Source of the DNA: an uncultured bacterium | GTDB taxonomy: Bacteria > Oederibacteriota > Oederibacteriia > Oederibacteriales > Oederibacteriaceae | NCBI GenBank assembly: GCA_965112635.1 | Contig: OZ218778.1 | Span: forward strand, 512,001 to 576,000 | Direction: 5' to 3' | Length of the DNA stretch: 64,000 nt | Shown: positions 37,201 through 44,290 of the stretch, in pieces | How positions within the stretch are numbered: position 1 is the first letter of the stretch | How the letters are laid out: every line of letters starts with the position of its first letter | Notes under the pieces: generated by a model | Seen by the model: only the letters and a program-made list of their open reading frames with translations | What the model was told of the DNA's origin: nothing | Database searches by the model: none | Translations under genes and position numbers: made by a program

Positions 37201-39881
37201 ATCTTGCCCAGCTGGAACAGGACCTCGGCGTCCGCGGCCTGCAGGCTGATGACCCTCTCCAGGAGTTCCGCGGCCTTGTCATTTTTTTCCGCGCGGACCA
37301 GGAGCAGGGCGTACTCTTTGAGGACTTGGGGCTGTTCGGGGTTGAGCTCGGCGGCTTTTTCAAAAGCGTCCAAAGTCTGTTTAAAGGTTCCGCTCTGTTT
37401 GAGAAGCTGCGCTTTGTGCCAGGCCGCCCCGCTATGGCGCACCTGGACCTGCAGGGCTTTTTGGAACGATTCCAGTGCTTCCTTGTAGGCGCTCCGCTCC
37501 TCATAGAGCAGGCCCAGCTGGTAGGACGGCTCCGGGTCGTGGGGGAGCAGGGTGACGGCTTTTTTCAAACAGCTCTCAGCCTGGTGCGCGTCCCTGATCT
37601 CATGGTAAGCCAGGCCCATCTGGAGAAAGGCCTTGCCGTCGTCCGCGTCAAGCCGCACGACCTCGTTCCACTGTTCCAACGCCTCCCGCCACTGCAACCT
37701 CTTCCCGTAGACCAGGGCCAGCTGGGACCGGTACTCCGCGTTCTTCAGGTCCAGCTGCACGGCCTGCTTGAGCTGCAGGCTGGCTTCGGTGTGCATGCCG
37801 CGGCTCGTGTAAAGCATGCCCAGGTTGAAATGGCCCAGGGCGTGCCCGGGCGCCAAATTGAGGGCGTGGTGATAATACTGCATAGCCTTATTGAAGTCGT
37901 TCTTCTTGGCCAGCACCCCGGCCAGGCCCAAAAGCGCCTCCACGTGGTCGGGGTTGCCCAGGAGCACCTCCTGGTACATCTCCAGGGATTTATCCAGGAT
38001 GCCTTTTTTCAAATAGGCCTGGGCCAGGCCGCAGCGGGCCTCGAGATCCTTGGGCAAGCCTTCCAAAATCTTTTTCCAGACCAGGATAGCCCGGTCCGCC
38101 AGGTTCTTGCTGTTGAGGGTATGCCCCATCCCGGTCTGGGCCGCCAGGCTCTGCGGATCCAGTTCCAGCGTCAGGCGGTACTCGTGCATGGCCTCGTCCA
38201 GGAGTCCGCGTTTGCGGTAAAGGCTCCCCAGCCCGCAATGGGCCGCGAGGTTTTCCTGGTCCACGTCCAGGGCGCGGCCGAACTCTCTGACCGCCCCCTC
38301 GTCGTCGTCCTTGATGAGGCAGATCTGGCCCAAGCCAGCGGAGGCATCGGCCGAAGGCCTCTTTTGCACTATTCGTTGGTAAATGGCCCTGGCCCCCTCC
38401 AGATTGCCTTGTGAAATAAGGACTTCCGCTTCAGCCAGCTCAGCGGCCTGGTTAAAGGGGTCGGCCTGGCTGGCCTGGTGGAAACAGTTGGCGGCTTCGT
38501 CCAACTTACCCTTCTCACGGTAAAGGATGCCCATGTTGAAATAGGCCTTGCTGTAGGAAGAGTCGACCTCCACGGCGCGCTTGAAATATTCCAGCGCCTC
38601 ATCGATCTGGCCAAGCGCGTAATAGGACACACCGATGCGGTAGGGCGCTTCGGCCTGCAGGGGGTCGATCTCCAGGGCCTCCTGGAACTCGGCCAGCGCC
38701 TCCTCGTAACGGCCCTGCTTGTTGTAGCAATGTCCCAGTCCGCAGTAGGCCCTCACCAGGGTCGGGTTGATCTCGATGGCTTTTTCTAGCGCGGCGACCG
38801 CCTTGTCGAACTGGCTCTTCTCGGTATAGGCCTCGCCCAGGTCGCTGTAGGCATCTCCCTGGTTGGCATTCAAGGTCAGGGCTTTTTTCAAAACCTGGAT
38901 GGCCAGGTCCAGCTGGCCGCTCTTGCGCAGGGCGTTGCCCAGGTAAGCCTGCGCCTGGGCGTTCTCCGGCGCGATCTCGACGGCTTTTTTGAACTCGTTG
39001 ACGGCTTTGGACAGGAAACTTTTTTTCTCAAAGGTGAGCCCGAGGTTGAGGCGCGGCTCGACGAAATGGGCATCGCAGTTCACGGCCTTTTTCCATTCCG
39101 TGATGGCCTTGCGGACCAGCCCCTGCTGGCTCCAATACAGCCCGAGGTTGTTATGCGCCCCGGCGAAATCCGGATCGAGCTCCAGCGCCCTCTGGAACTC
39201 CTTGTGGGCCTCTTCAAACTCTCCCCGGTCCGCGAGCATCTCGCCTAGGAGGTTGTGGGGCGCCGCCTGGTCATGGGTGAGCTTGACCGCTTTCCTGCAG
39301 GCGTTCAGGGCCTTCTCCGCCTGGTTCTGCAGGCGGCAGGACTGGGCCAGGTTGAAATAGGCGCTGCCGTTGTCCGGCTCCAGCCTCACGACCTCTTCCC
39401 ATTCCGCGGCCTCTTCGTTGTAATGACCGTGCTCACCGTAGGCCACGGCCAGGTTGAAGTGAGCCTTGGCGTGGTCGGGGTCCAGCTCCAAAACCTTCCG
39501 CCACTCTCTCAACGCGGTCTCATAATTTTCCTGGGTGTAGTGGAGGACTCCGAGGAGATAATGGGCTTGCACATGGGCTGGGTCGATCTGCAGGGCTTTT
39601 TCGTAATTGAGCTGGGCGTCCTCATAGGCTTGTTCGGCGAAATCCACCTGGCCCTGGCCCAAACGGGCCTCCACGAAGTTCGGCTCCAGCTTGAGGGCCT
39701 GGCTGAAGGCGTCCCGGGCGTTGACAAAATCCTTCAGCCCCAGGTAAGCCTGCCCCAGTTGTTCGTAGGGCTCGGCCCGGTATGGCCTGGCCTGGATCTC
39801 TTTTTTCCAAACTCCAACCGCTAGTTCAGGAGGCAGCTTGGAATTGGCTTTTTGGGATCCCCGGCCTGTGACTTTCGGCAT
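31296..39881 (-). CDS. Giant 2861-aa tetratricopeptide-repeat protein
   Basis: Near-continuous 34-aa repeats (A..NLG..Y...G...EA...F..ALELDP) along the whole length; no signal peptide or catalytic domain recognised. Confidence 0.93.
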   Translation of the reverse strand: MPKVTGRGSQKANSKLPPELAVGVWKKEIQARPYRAEPYEQLGQAYLGLKDFVNARDAFSQALKLEPNFVEARLGQGQVDFAEQAYEDAQLNYEKALQIDPAHVQAHYLLGVLHYTQENYETALREWRKVLELDPDHAKAHFNLAVAYGEHGHYNEEAAEWEEVVRLEPDNGSAYFNLAQSCRLQNQAEKALNACRKAVKLTHDQAAPHNLLGEMLADRGEFEEAHKEFQRALELDPDFAGAHNNLGLYWSQQGLVRKAITEWKKAVNCDAHFVEPRLNLGLTFEKKSFLSKAVNEFKKAVEIAPENAQAQAYLGNALRKSGQLDLAIQVLKKALTLNANQGDAYSDLGEAYTEKSQFDKAVAALEKAIEINPTLVRAYCGLGHCYNKQGRYEEALAEFQEALEIDPLQAEAPYRIGVSYYALGQIDEALEYFKRAVEVDSSYSKAYFNMGILYREKGKLDEAANCFHQASQADPFNQAAELAEAEVLISQGNLEGARAIYQRIVQKRPSADASAGLGQICLIKDDDEGAVREFGRALDVDQENLAAHCGLGSLYRKRGLLDEAMHEYRLTLELDPQSLAAQTGMGHTLNSKNLADRAILVWKKILEGLPKDLEARCGLAQAYLKKGILDKSLEMYQEVLLGNPDHVEALLGLAGVLAKKNDFNKAMQYYHHALNLAPGHALGHFNLGMLYTSRGMHTEASLQLKQAVQLDLKNAEYRSQLALVYGKRLQWREALEQWNEVVRLDADDGKAFLQMGLAYHEIRDAHQAESCLKKAVTLLPHDPEPSYQLGLLYEERSAYKEALESFQKALQVQVRHSGAAWHKAQLLKQSGTFKQTLDAFEKAAELNPEQPQVLKEYALLLVRAEKNDKAAELLERVISLQAADAEVLFQLGKIHMDKGEGEKARSYIQESLQREEQQPYAYLLLGLLEQKEEKWGESLPLLQHALFLNPDLALAHYKMGCAYQAMHSEESAEPCLKKAVELESREVSYKTAYAETLERLGYLEEAWQMYHASLELAPDQARIMEKLGELSLARRNWDQAAYYWDRVLQSITDAQAAGAKDLPDLYNALRKLAFVCVQRNDLERAQELLKQAVDKKPEQEQGFLSLYEVYLKKGDYAEAARALKHAVDLKPEEAAYQRELGFALLKAGQVREALESLKRALQLNPRDPQAYFLLGLAYKEQNAGSEAMAAFMRCIEGDPENGDAYFELAMEFMRQGVVHEAIRSLEQTVKRLPQHAEAWRNLGMLYFRQAAYQKSSEALKESLRIKPDHVPALVTLGHAYEKMGVDTCQQVWEEVLQRDRFNLDATLGLARFYTKQEKLETAGTEYERAVQVDPDSGEAQWGYGRYLIYKKEFSRALPILERAYELRPDDEISVLIGHTALHLELWNKARQAFADILRRDPFQPEALLGMGQALKAQGQPDEAREFYERVLKSGPAKATAKHQAAARTELGHLFFNRRQWPEALAQYELALALDPGNAQVHRAIGKVYFQQGQWQACRESLSQAMTGAALDRPTMLELAKACANLAEYPQAIQLYEKVLESSPYDVAALSGMGEALVFLGKPAEALGWFNRALDKEKVAGALVGRGQAQMLLGLPREASVSFQEALALDPHDLRARLGLAEMQLLRGELAETEKVLLEALQQDDNIPKAHRLLGQLYLKTDQPQKALKEFKVVLAQPEVLVPPEMFHYWLGQAYAKTKALDKAAQEWEKGLSLNPQHWETCLELAGLYEEEKKLERAAGLYEKCLIPENENYLSVCFRLGQIYSRLGYPYKAVEMFRRIVGRVPRSATSSFKNLSETYEGLGKSCLAIGDSRGAEEAFRHALSLRPENLESLFGLAQALADTGRLPEAREMLEKASRVHPKNAEVFYHLGVLARKSSPTPDLPQDALVLAMDYFKKALKLNPRHARVWVNLAELAMIQGRTGDAHHAYEKSLEYDPKNGTALLQLAKMSFEKKEWGDSIAYLLKVLRLLPGLAEAQELLGRLYLKQGEYKKAQPCLEKALQSGDAPQPVLALAHYELGLISQKQDRINLAVNEWQTAIQLDPKLQPAYAELGFYHAKKQEWDRSRSYLEKALDLDRQSKTILDELGKVHEQLGQTQTALKFWQESVKLDPKDTLAWEGLGRLHLREGQKQDGLKAWENALELAPSHGVLSFKTAHLAAELEQPAKAYAYYKRALRLNQAEQECLIGMARAAFKQKDWAESIRCWKKALENQPGLVEGQRQLAESLLGLKRWAEAQQAYQEILKDKPEDIEANLGQGLAFEGLEQPEQAHLCWSRILRLDPGQAQANLYLGRSFAGRGHLEEALSCLMRAVQNQPQWLEGHLELARVLAKKSEPDKALDSLAKALALKPDYAPAIYETGRIQLQQNKPKEAVVSLRKAFEIDPGQPELALSLARASQASAYWELALEAYEKAKQHSPEKETEIYYGLGQILSAMGKEEKAVASYKTCCTLDPDYSPAHVKLAEHFGAKGRRGEAIHEWEKAVKGDPDRVEYYYQLGQALWDNKQEKQASVVWKKLLSRFPKEGKAYFWLGMYYQKQGLDGYARESFAKAVALGPENAEAYTQMAQYQVEQGAVGNAMESYKKALKIAPALLAPHVGLVELYFKTGQMEQALLWLEKSLALSGMNPRLWHLLSQIYLKLGNPEKALEAGQKFLAMEPRSAASHDQLGLCFRALGLLEDALSSFHKAVDLDLKYHPAYSHLGVVFTETGKVSQAREAFRKALQLDKNYWQAYYNRGLMHLSLREDGQALQDLDKALQLIPGHLPSLLGAGLASIRLKKWSDAAQLFQRILESTRLPNPLEKDLRAQAHYGLGVAYYQKGWYDKAVYQWKQATTLDRKYSQIVFEIGKESQLLLEEIALELEPAL

Positions 39882-39999
39882 CCAGACTCCTTCTAAAAAG
39901 TTTAAAATTTAGACGAACTGGTCTTTCCCCTGAAGGCCATACTTTCAGGGTTTTTTGCCCAAAAAATGTGTAATACCCTAAAAAGGAACGAATATAGAT

Positions 40000-40028
40000 A
40001 TTTTAAATTATAAATTACGGCTTGTCAA
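40000..40028 (-). promoter_or_regulatory. Near-consensus sigma70 promoter of the TPR operon
   Basis: TTGACA-17 nt-TAAAAT. Confidence 0.72.
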
Positions 40029-40182
40029 TTTATTCATTAAATAAAGGGGTTACAGGATAGCTTTATAGTCATTTCTAACGAAAAACTCATATTTCTTTAA
40101 AACTCAAAGGTATGCCAAATCATAGAAAAATCGAAGTTTCTGCCAACAAAAACAGGGCTATTAAATATTGAGGGGAGTTTAT

Positions 40183-40258
40183 TGGTGGAGCCGACCGGGT
40201 TCGAACCGGTGACCTCTTCCCTGCCGAGGAAGCGTTCTCCCAACTGAACTACGACCCC
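40183..40258 (-). tRNA. tRNA-Ala(GGC)
   Basis: 76-nt cloverleaf GGGGTCG...CGGCTCCACCA with the G3:U70 identity pair, A73, encoded CCA, TTCGAA T-loop and anticodon arm CTTCC-TCGGCAG-GGAAG. Confidence 0.95.
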
Positions 40259-40428
40259 ACCTTGAAAGGGCTGGAAAAAACTGGATGGTTTTTTTCAAGA
40301 ACCTACTAAATATATCACAACAACGGGATTTTCAAACTGTTTTCTTCGCCTCAAACATGATGTCCTTTTGTCGCAAAACCCTTAGAAGACCACAACCTTG
40401 CCAAAAGCGGGTCCCGTGGAAGTTTATT

Positions 40429-40457
40429 TTGTAATATTCGTTTTTCGAGTGTAGAAT
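40429..40457 (+). promoter_or_regulatory. Sigma70-type promoter for the CTD-PorV pair
   Basis: TTGTAA-17 nt-TAGAAT. Confidence 0.55.
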
Positions 40458-40491
40458 TGAAAAATTATACCATTCCCTTGAGCACGGAGAC

Positions 40492-40893
40492 TTGATGCGG
40501 CCTGTAAAAATCCCGAGAAAGCTCTACCTTTGTATAGTCATAGCCCTGGGTTTGATCGGTCTATTTGTGGCCCGGCTCCCTTTACTGATGGCCACGAATG
40601 GGGGTATCGCGGACAACCTCGTGGCTTACCCTAACCCCACCGCCGGGCCGGTCCATTTAAACTTCATATCCACGATCAACGGCACCGCCACGCTGACCAT
40701 CTATACCATCATGGCCAAACCGGTCAGGACCTTTTCGCTGGCCGTGACACCCGGGGTCAATGATTTTTACTGGGACGGGACCACGGATGGCCTGACTATC
40801 GTGGCCAGCGGGGTTTATTTCTGGGTGGTTAAAGTGAGCGTAGCCGGCGGAGGCTTTGGCGAGAACTATTCCAAATTAACTGTCATAAGGTGA
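40492..40893 (+). CDS. Small exported FlgD-Ig / T9SS-CTD-like domain protein
   Basis: Hydrophobic N-terminus, then AYPNP...LTIYTIMAKPVRT...WDGT...VASGVYF...KLTVIR. Confidence 0.82.
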   Translation: MMRPVKIPRKLYLCIVIALGLIGLFVARLPLLMATNGGIADNLVAYPNPTAGPVHLNFISTINGTATLTIYTIMAKPVRTFSLAVTPGVNDFYWDGTTDGLTIVASGVYFWVVKVSVAGGGFGENYSKLTVIR

Positions 40894-41909
40894 CCATGCT
40901 CGGCAGACCATGCGCAGGTATTTCTGACAAGATAAAGTGTATAGGGATTGCGGCCGTTCCGTTCCTGCTGGCCGCCGGTGCCCTGTTCCTGGCCAATCCC
41001 TCCCTGGAGGCCGACCCCGGCCTCAGTTCCATGGAATTCCTGCAGCTGCCCGTGGGAGCGGTGGGCACCGGGATGGCCGAGGCTTACGGCGGCGAAAGTT
41101 CCCTGGAAGCGACAGAGGTCAACCCCTCGGTCCTGGCTAATTATAAAGGCACGGGCCTGCAGGCCACCCATGAGATGTGGCTTTCTGACATCACCAACGA
41201 TACCGTGCTGGGCGCCTTCGAGCTGGGCAACGAAGGCGGAGTCGGGATTTACCTAGGCTACACCAACCTGGGCTACCAGCAAAGCGCTCAGCCCAGCGTC
41301 ATCCCCGGCGCTTACTATACCCTGGGCGATTACTTCAACAACTACGCTTATCTGATGCAGGTCTCTTATGGGAGAAAACTAGGCGATTTCCTTTCTTTGG
41401 GAGCGGGCGTCAAGATAGCCCAGGAAGTTCTCTATTCCGTCTCCAGCATGGCTGTGGCCTTTGATGTGGGCGCTTCCTGGGTCGAAAAAGACCTGTGGAC
41501 CTTTGCCCTGTCCGTCAAGAACATCGGGGCCGCGCCGACTCCTTACCTTTACGACACGTCCCCCCTGCCGCTGCTTATCCGGCTGGGCATGTCGAAGACC
41601 TTCAAGTTTTCCACGGGTTGGACCCAAAATAACAGTTTTAAGCTGGCCATCGACGGCAAGTTTTTCTCCAGCGACGACAAGGTTTTCTGTTTTGGCGGGG
41701 AATACCAGACCGAGTGGGTCAAGGATAATTCCGTGGCTTTAAGGATAGGATACTCTCGTAAAACCATCGACCAGTCCATTTCCAATTTCAATTTCGGGGC
41801 CGGTTGGACGGGGGTTTACAAGGATTTTGCCCTGTCCCTGGACTACGCCCTGACTCCCTTCATGGACTTCGGCAACACCCATCTTTTAACTCTGGGGGTC
41901 CATTACTAG
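40890..41909 (+). CDS. PorV/PorQ-family (FadL-like) outer-membrane beta-barrel
   Basis: EFLQLPVGAVGTGMAEAY, NPSVLA, amphipathic beta strands and C-terminal DYALTPFMDFGNTHLLTLGVHY. Confidence 0.82.
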   Translation: MTMLGRPCAGISDKIKCIGIAAVPFLLAAGALFLANPSLEADPGLSSMEFLQLPVGAVGTGMAEAYGGESSLEATEVNPSVLANYKGTGLQATHEMWLSDITNDTVLGAFELGNEGGVGIYLGYTNLGYQQSAQPSVIPGAYYTLGDYFNNYAYLMQVSYGRKLGDFLSLGAGVKIAQEVLYSVSSMAVAFDVGASWVEKDLWTFALSVKNIGAAPTPYLYDTSPLPLLIRLGMSKTFKFSTGWTQNNSFKLAIDGKFFSSDDKVFCFGGEYQTEWVKDNSVALRIGYSRKTIDQSISNFNFGAGWTGVYKDFALSLDYALTPFMDFGNTHLLTLGVHY

Positions 41910-41913
41910 CCCA

Positions 41914-42963
41914 TTAGCGGGCCAGGGTCAGCGCTTTCATCCTCTCGCTTAATTTGACCATAATGAGGCCTTTTTTGGATTTCGTGACCAGGACCCCAGC
42001 TGCTCCCTTATACCTTTCCAGGAGCTCCATACCCTGGGACTTGCCCCCCACCAGCAAAACCGAGCTCAGCGCGTCGGCCCAAGTGCCCTCGCGGCCGTCC
42101 TCGGGCCGGTCCAGATAGACCGCAGCGGCCACGGCGCTCAGGAGCGGCTTGCCCGTCCTGGGGTCCATCATATGGTAGTAGATATCGTCCTTGCCTTTGA
42201 AATAACTCTCATAGTAACCGGCCGTGCACAAAGTTCCTTCGGTCAGCTGGAGCATGACAATGACTTTGGAGGGGTTGGCGGGGTCTGGGACGGCCAGGTT
42301 CCATTTCTTGCCGTCAGGTCCGTGTCCCATGACTTTCGTGTGGGCGCCGTCGCTGATCTTGGCGTTCAGGACCCCATACCCCCGTAAAACTACAGCGGCC
42401 AAGTCTAGGGCGTAACCGCTGGCCAGACCTTCCAGGTCCAGGCCCATCCCTTCCAGGTTGAACCGCACGGTCTGTCTCTGGGGATGCGTGATGAAATTTT
42501 TATAATTGCTCAGCTGGTGCGCCTCATCCAGGGCCGTTTTATCCGGCACCCTCTCGGTCCTGCCTTCAGCCGTGTTCCAGGCGCGCATCTCAGGCTCCAT
42601 CGAAATATCAAAAACCCCCTCCGACAGGCTGGTCACCTTGAGGCCTAGCTGCAAAAGCTCCCACATCTCGGGAGACACGCTGACCTCCCGGCGGAACGCT
42701 TCTTGGTTGATAAGGTTCAATTCGCTGTCCTGCCTGGACAGGCTGACCAACTGGTCCACCTTCTTGATGGCCTCAAAGGCATGGCGGAAGACTATCCAGC
42801 TCTTAAGAGCCGGCACGCCCACCAGGGTGACCTCCCAGTCCGAACCCATGATGACCTGCCTTTCGGTATAGACCGCTGTCCGGCTGGAGCAGGAAACTAG
42901 CAGGCCGCCCAAACACCCCACGAATAACACGAGTAGTTTCCCCTTGTTCATCAAAGCAGACAT
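41914..42963 (-). CDS. apbE: FAD:protein FMN transferase ApbE-like lipoprotein
   Basis: Lipobox LVSC, IMGS, SELNLIN, SEGVFDIS, HMMDPRTG and ADALS. Confidence 0.85.
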   Translation of the reverse strand: MSALMNKGKLLVLFVGCLGGLLVSCSSRTAVYTERQVIMGSDWEVTLVGVPALKSWIVFRHAFEAIKKVDQLVSLSRQDSELNLINQEAFRREVSVSPEMWELLQLGLKVTSLSEGVFDISMEPEMRAWNTAEGRTERVPDKTALDEAHQLSNYKNFITHPQRQTVRFNLEGMGLDLEGLASGYALDLAAVVLRGYGVLNAKISDGAHTKVMGHGPDGKKWNLAVPDPANPSKVIVMLQLTEGTLCTAGYYESYFKGKDDIYYHMMDPRTGKPLLSAVAAAVYLDRPEDGREGTWADALSSVLLVGGKSQGMELLERYKGAAGVLVTKSKKGLIMVKLSERMKALTLAR

Positions 42964-42990
42964 GATTTCCTCCTCAGATTAACTGACGGG

Positions 42991-44229
42991 TCAGCGGTAC
43001 TTGTCCAGAGGCACGAGGTCGTTGATCTTGATGGGCCGGCCTTCTTTGATGGACTTGTTGGCGGCGCAGCCGATCAGGATGGAAACTGCCCCGGCAAAAG
43101 AACCGGCCTTGAGATTGAGCGGGTCGGGCACATTGCCCTCGAAGAGCATGCGCCTCAGTTTGGTATCGGCGCCTCCGTGATCACCTTCTTCGGGTGCCAC
43201 CGTGTGGGTGACCTTGTGTCCCTGATGGGGATAAACATCGATACGGTAGAGCTTATCAGTGTGGTAAGGCGATGACACACTGTTGAACTCCAGGATGCCC
43301 TTGCTTCCGTTGAGGCTGACCTTATACCCCTCATAGGGATGGGGGTGGTAGGAGATCAGGGAATAGGTCAAAAGCGCCCCTTTGGAATATTTGAGGGTCA
43401 GGGACATGGTGTCCTCGATGTCGATGTCATCCGCGAAAACACAACGGTCGCGGAAATACTGGTCCGCCGTCTCGCACTCCGAATAAAGCGCCCGGGTGGT
43501 CTCGTCGGCGTTGATGTCCCAGAAGAACTCGCAGGTCTTGGTATGGCTGCAGGTGAGGCAGCGCTCGCCCCGCTCCTTGCGGGTGGGGCCGTAGACCCGG
43601 CGGGACCCAAAGGCCATGAGTTCCAGCGGTTCTTCCTCGAGCCACCAGTTGATGAGGTCGAAATGGTGGGTGGCCTTGTGGATCAAAAGCCCTCCGGAAT
43701 TTTCCTTCCTGCGGTGCCACCGGCGGTAATAGTCCGCCCCGTGCGAGGTGTCCAGGATGTATTCATAGTCCACGCCCAGGATCTGGCCGAGGACCCCGCT
43801 CTTCAAGATCTCTTTGACCGCCACGTTGTAGGAAATAAAGCGATAATTGAAGGTCACAACGACCTTAATCCCAGTCCTTTTTTCGGCGTCCAGGATGGCC
43901 CGGCACTTGTTCTCGTCGATGGTCATGGGCTTTTCCGTAATGGGTTCGATGCCTGCCTCCAGGCACTTGATGATGTAATGGTCATGCGTCTTGTCGATGG
44001 TCGTGATGATGGCCCTGTCCGGCTTGAGCTCCTTGAGCATCTTGTCAAAATCCGTGTAGGAGGGGCAGTCCACACCCGTATCCTTTTTAAAGGCCTCGCA
44101 GCGCAAGAGGTTGGGGTCAAACAGCCCGATGATCTGACAGCAGTGCCCAAACTCTTTCACCATAGGCCGGGCGAACATGAAATCCGCCCTCCAGCTGGCT
44201 CCGATGAGCACGTAGGTTTTTTTGTCCAT
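42991..44229 (-). CDS. Gfo/Idh/MocA oxidoreductase (YteT-like)
   Basis: TEKPMT, HGADYYRRWHRRKENSGGLLIHKATHHFD and HGGAD. Confidence 0.9.
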   Translation of the reverse strand: MDKKTYVLIGASWRADFMFARPMVKEFGHCCQIIGLFDPNLLRCEAFKKDTGVDCPSYTDFDKMLKELKPDRAIITTIDKTHDHYIIKCLEAGIEPITEKPMTIDENKCRAILDAEKRTGIKVVVTFNYRFISYNVAVKEILKSGVLGQILGVDYEYILDTSHGADYYRRWHRRKENSGGLLIHKATHHFDLINWWLEEEPLELMAFGSRRVYGPTRKERGERCLTCSHTKTCEFFWDINADETTRALYSECETADQYFRDRCVFADDIDIEDTMSLTLKYSKGALLTYSLISYHPHPYEGYKVSLNGSKGILEFNSVSSPYHTDKLYRIDVYPHQGHKVTHTVAPEEGDHGGADTKLRRMLFEGNVPDPLNLKAGSFAGAVSILIGCAANKSIKEGRPIKINDLVPLDKYR

Positions 44230-44290
44230 TTTTAGGCTCCTCCTTTAGCGGGTATGTTTGTTTTTTCGGTTAGGCCTGCGGGCCAGGTCA

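Noticed and set aside
31426-39824. Many long plus-strand and alternate-frame ORFs (e.g. 36648-38414, 588 aa) over the TPR gene
   Set aside because: These are shadow ORFs expected from high GC3 codon bias; they have no motifs and overlap a clear gene. The same applies to 20375-21697, 27078-29666 and 60904-62499.
39882-39995. c-di-GMP-I riboswitch-like GGGCAAA...GAAA in the TPR leader
   Set aside because: Only a CCCTGAA/TTCAGGG hairpin is present; the GCAAA junction and second GEMM stem are missing.
40030-40258. tRNA-Ala as an island integration site
   Set aside because: No integrase and no duplicated tRNA 3' end were found in the window.
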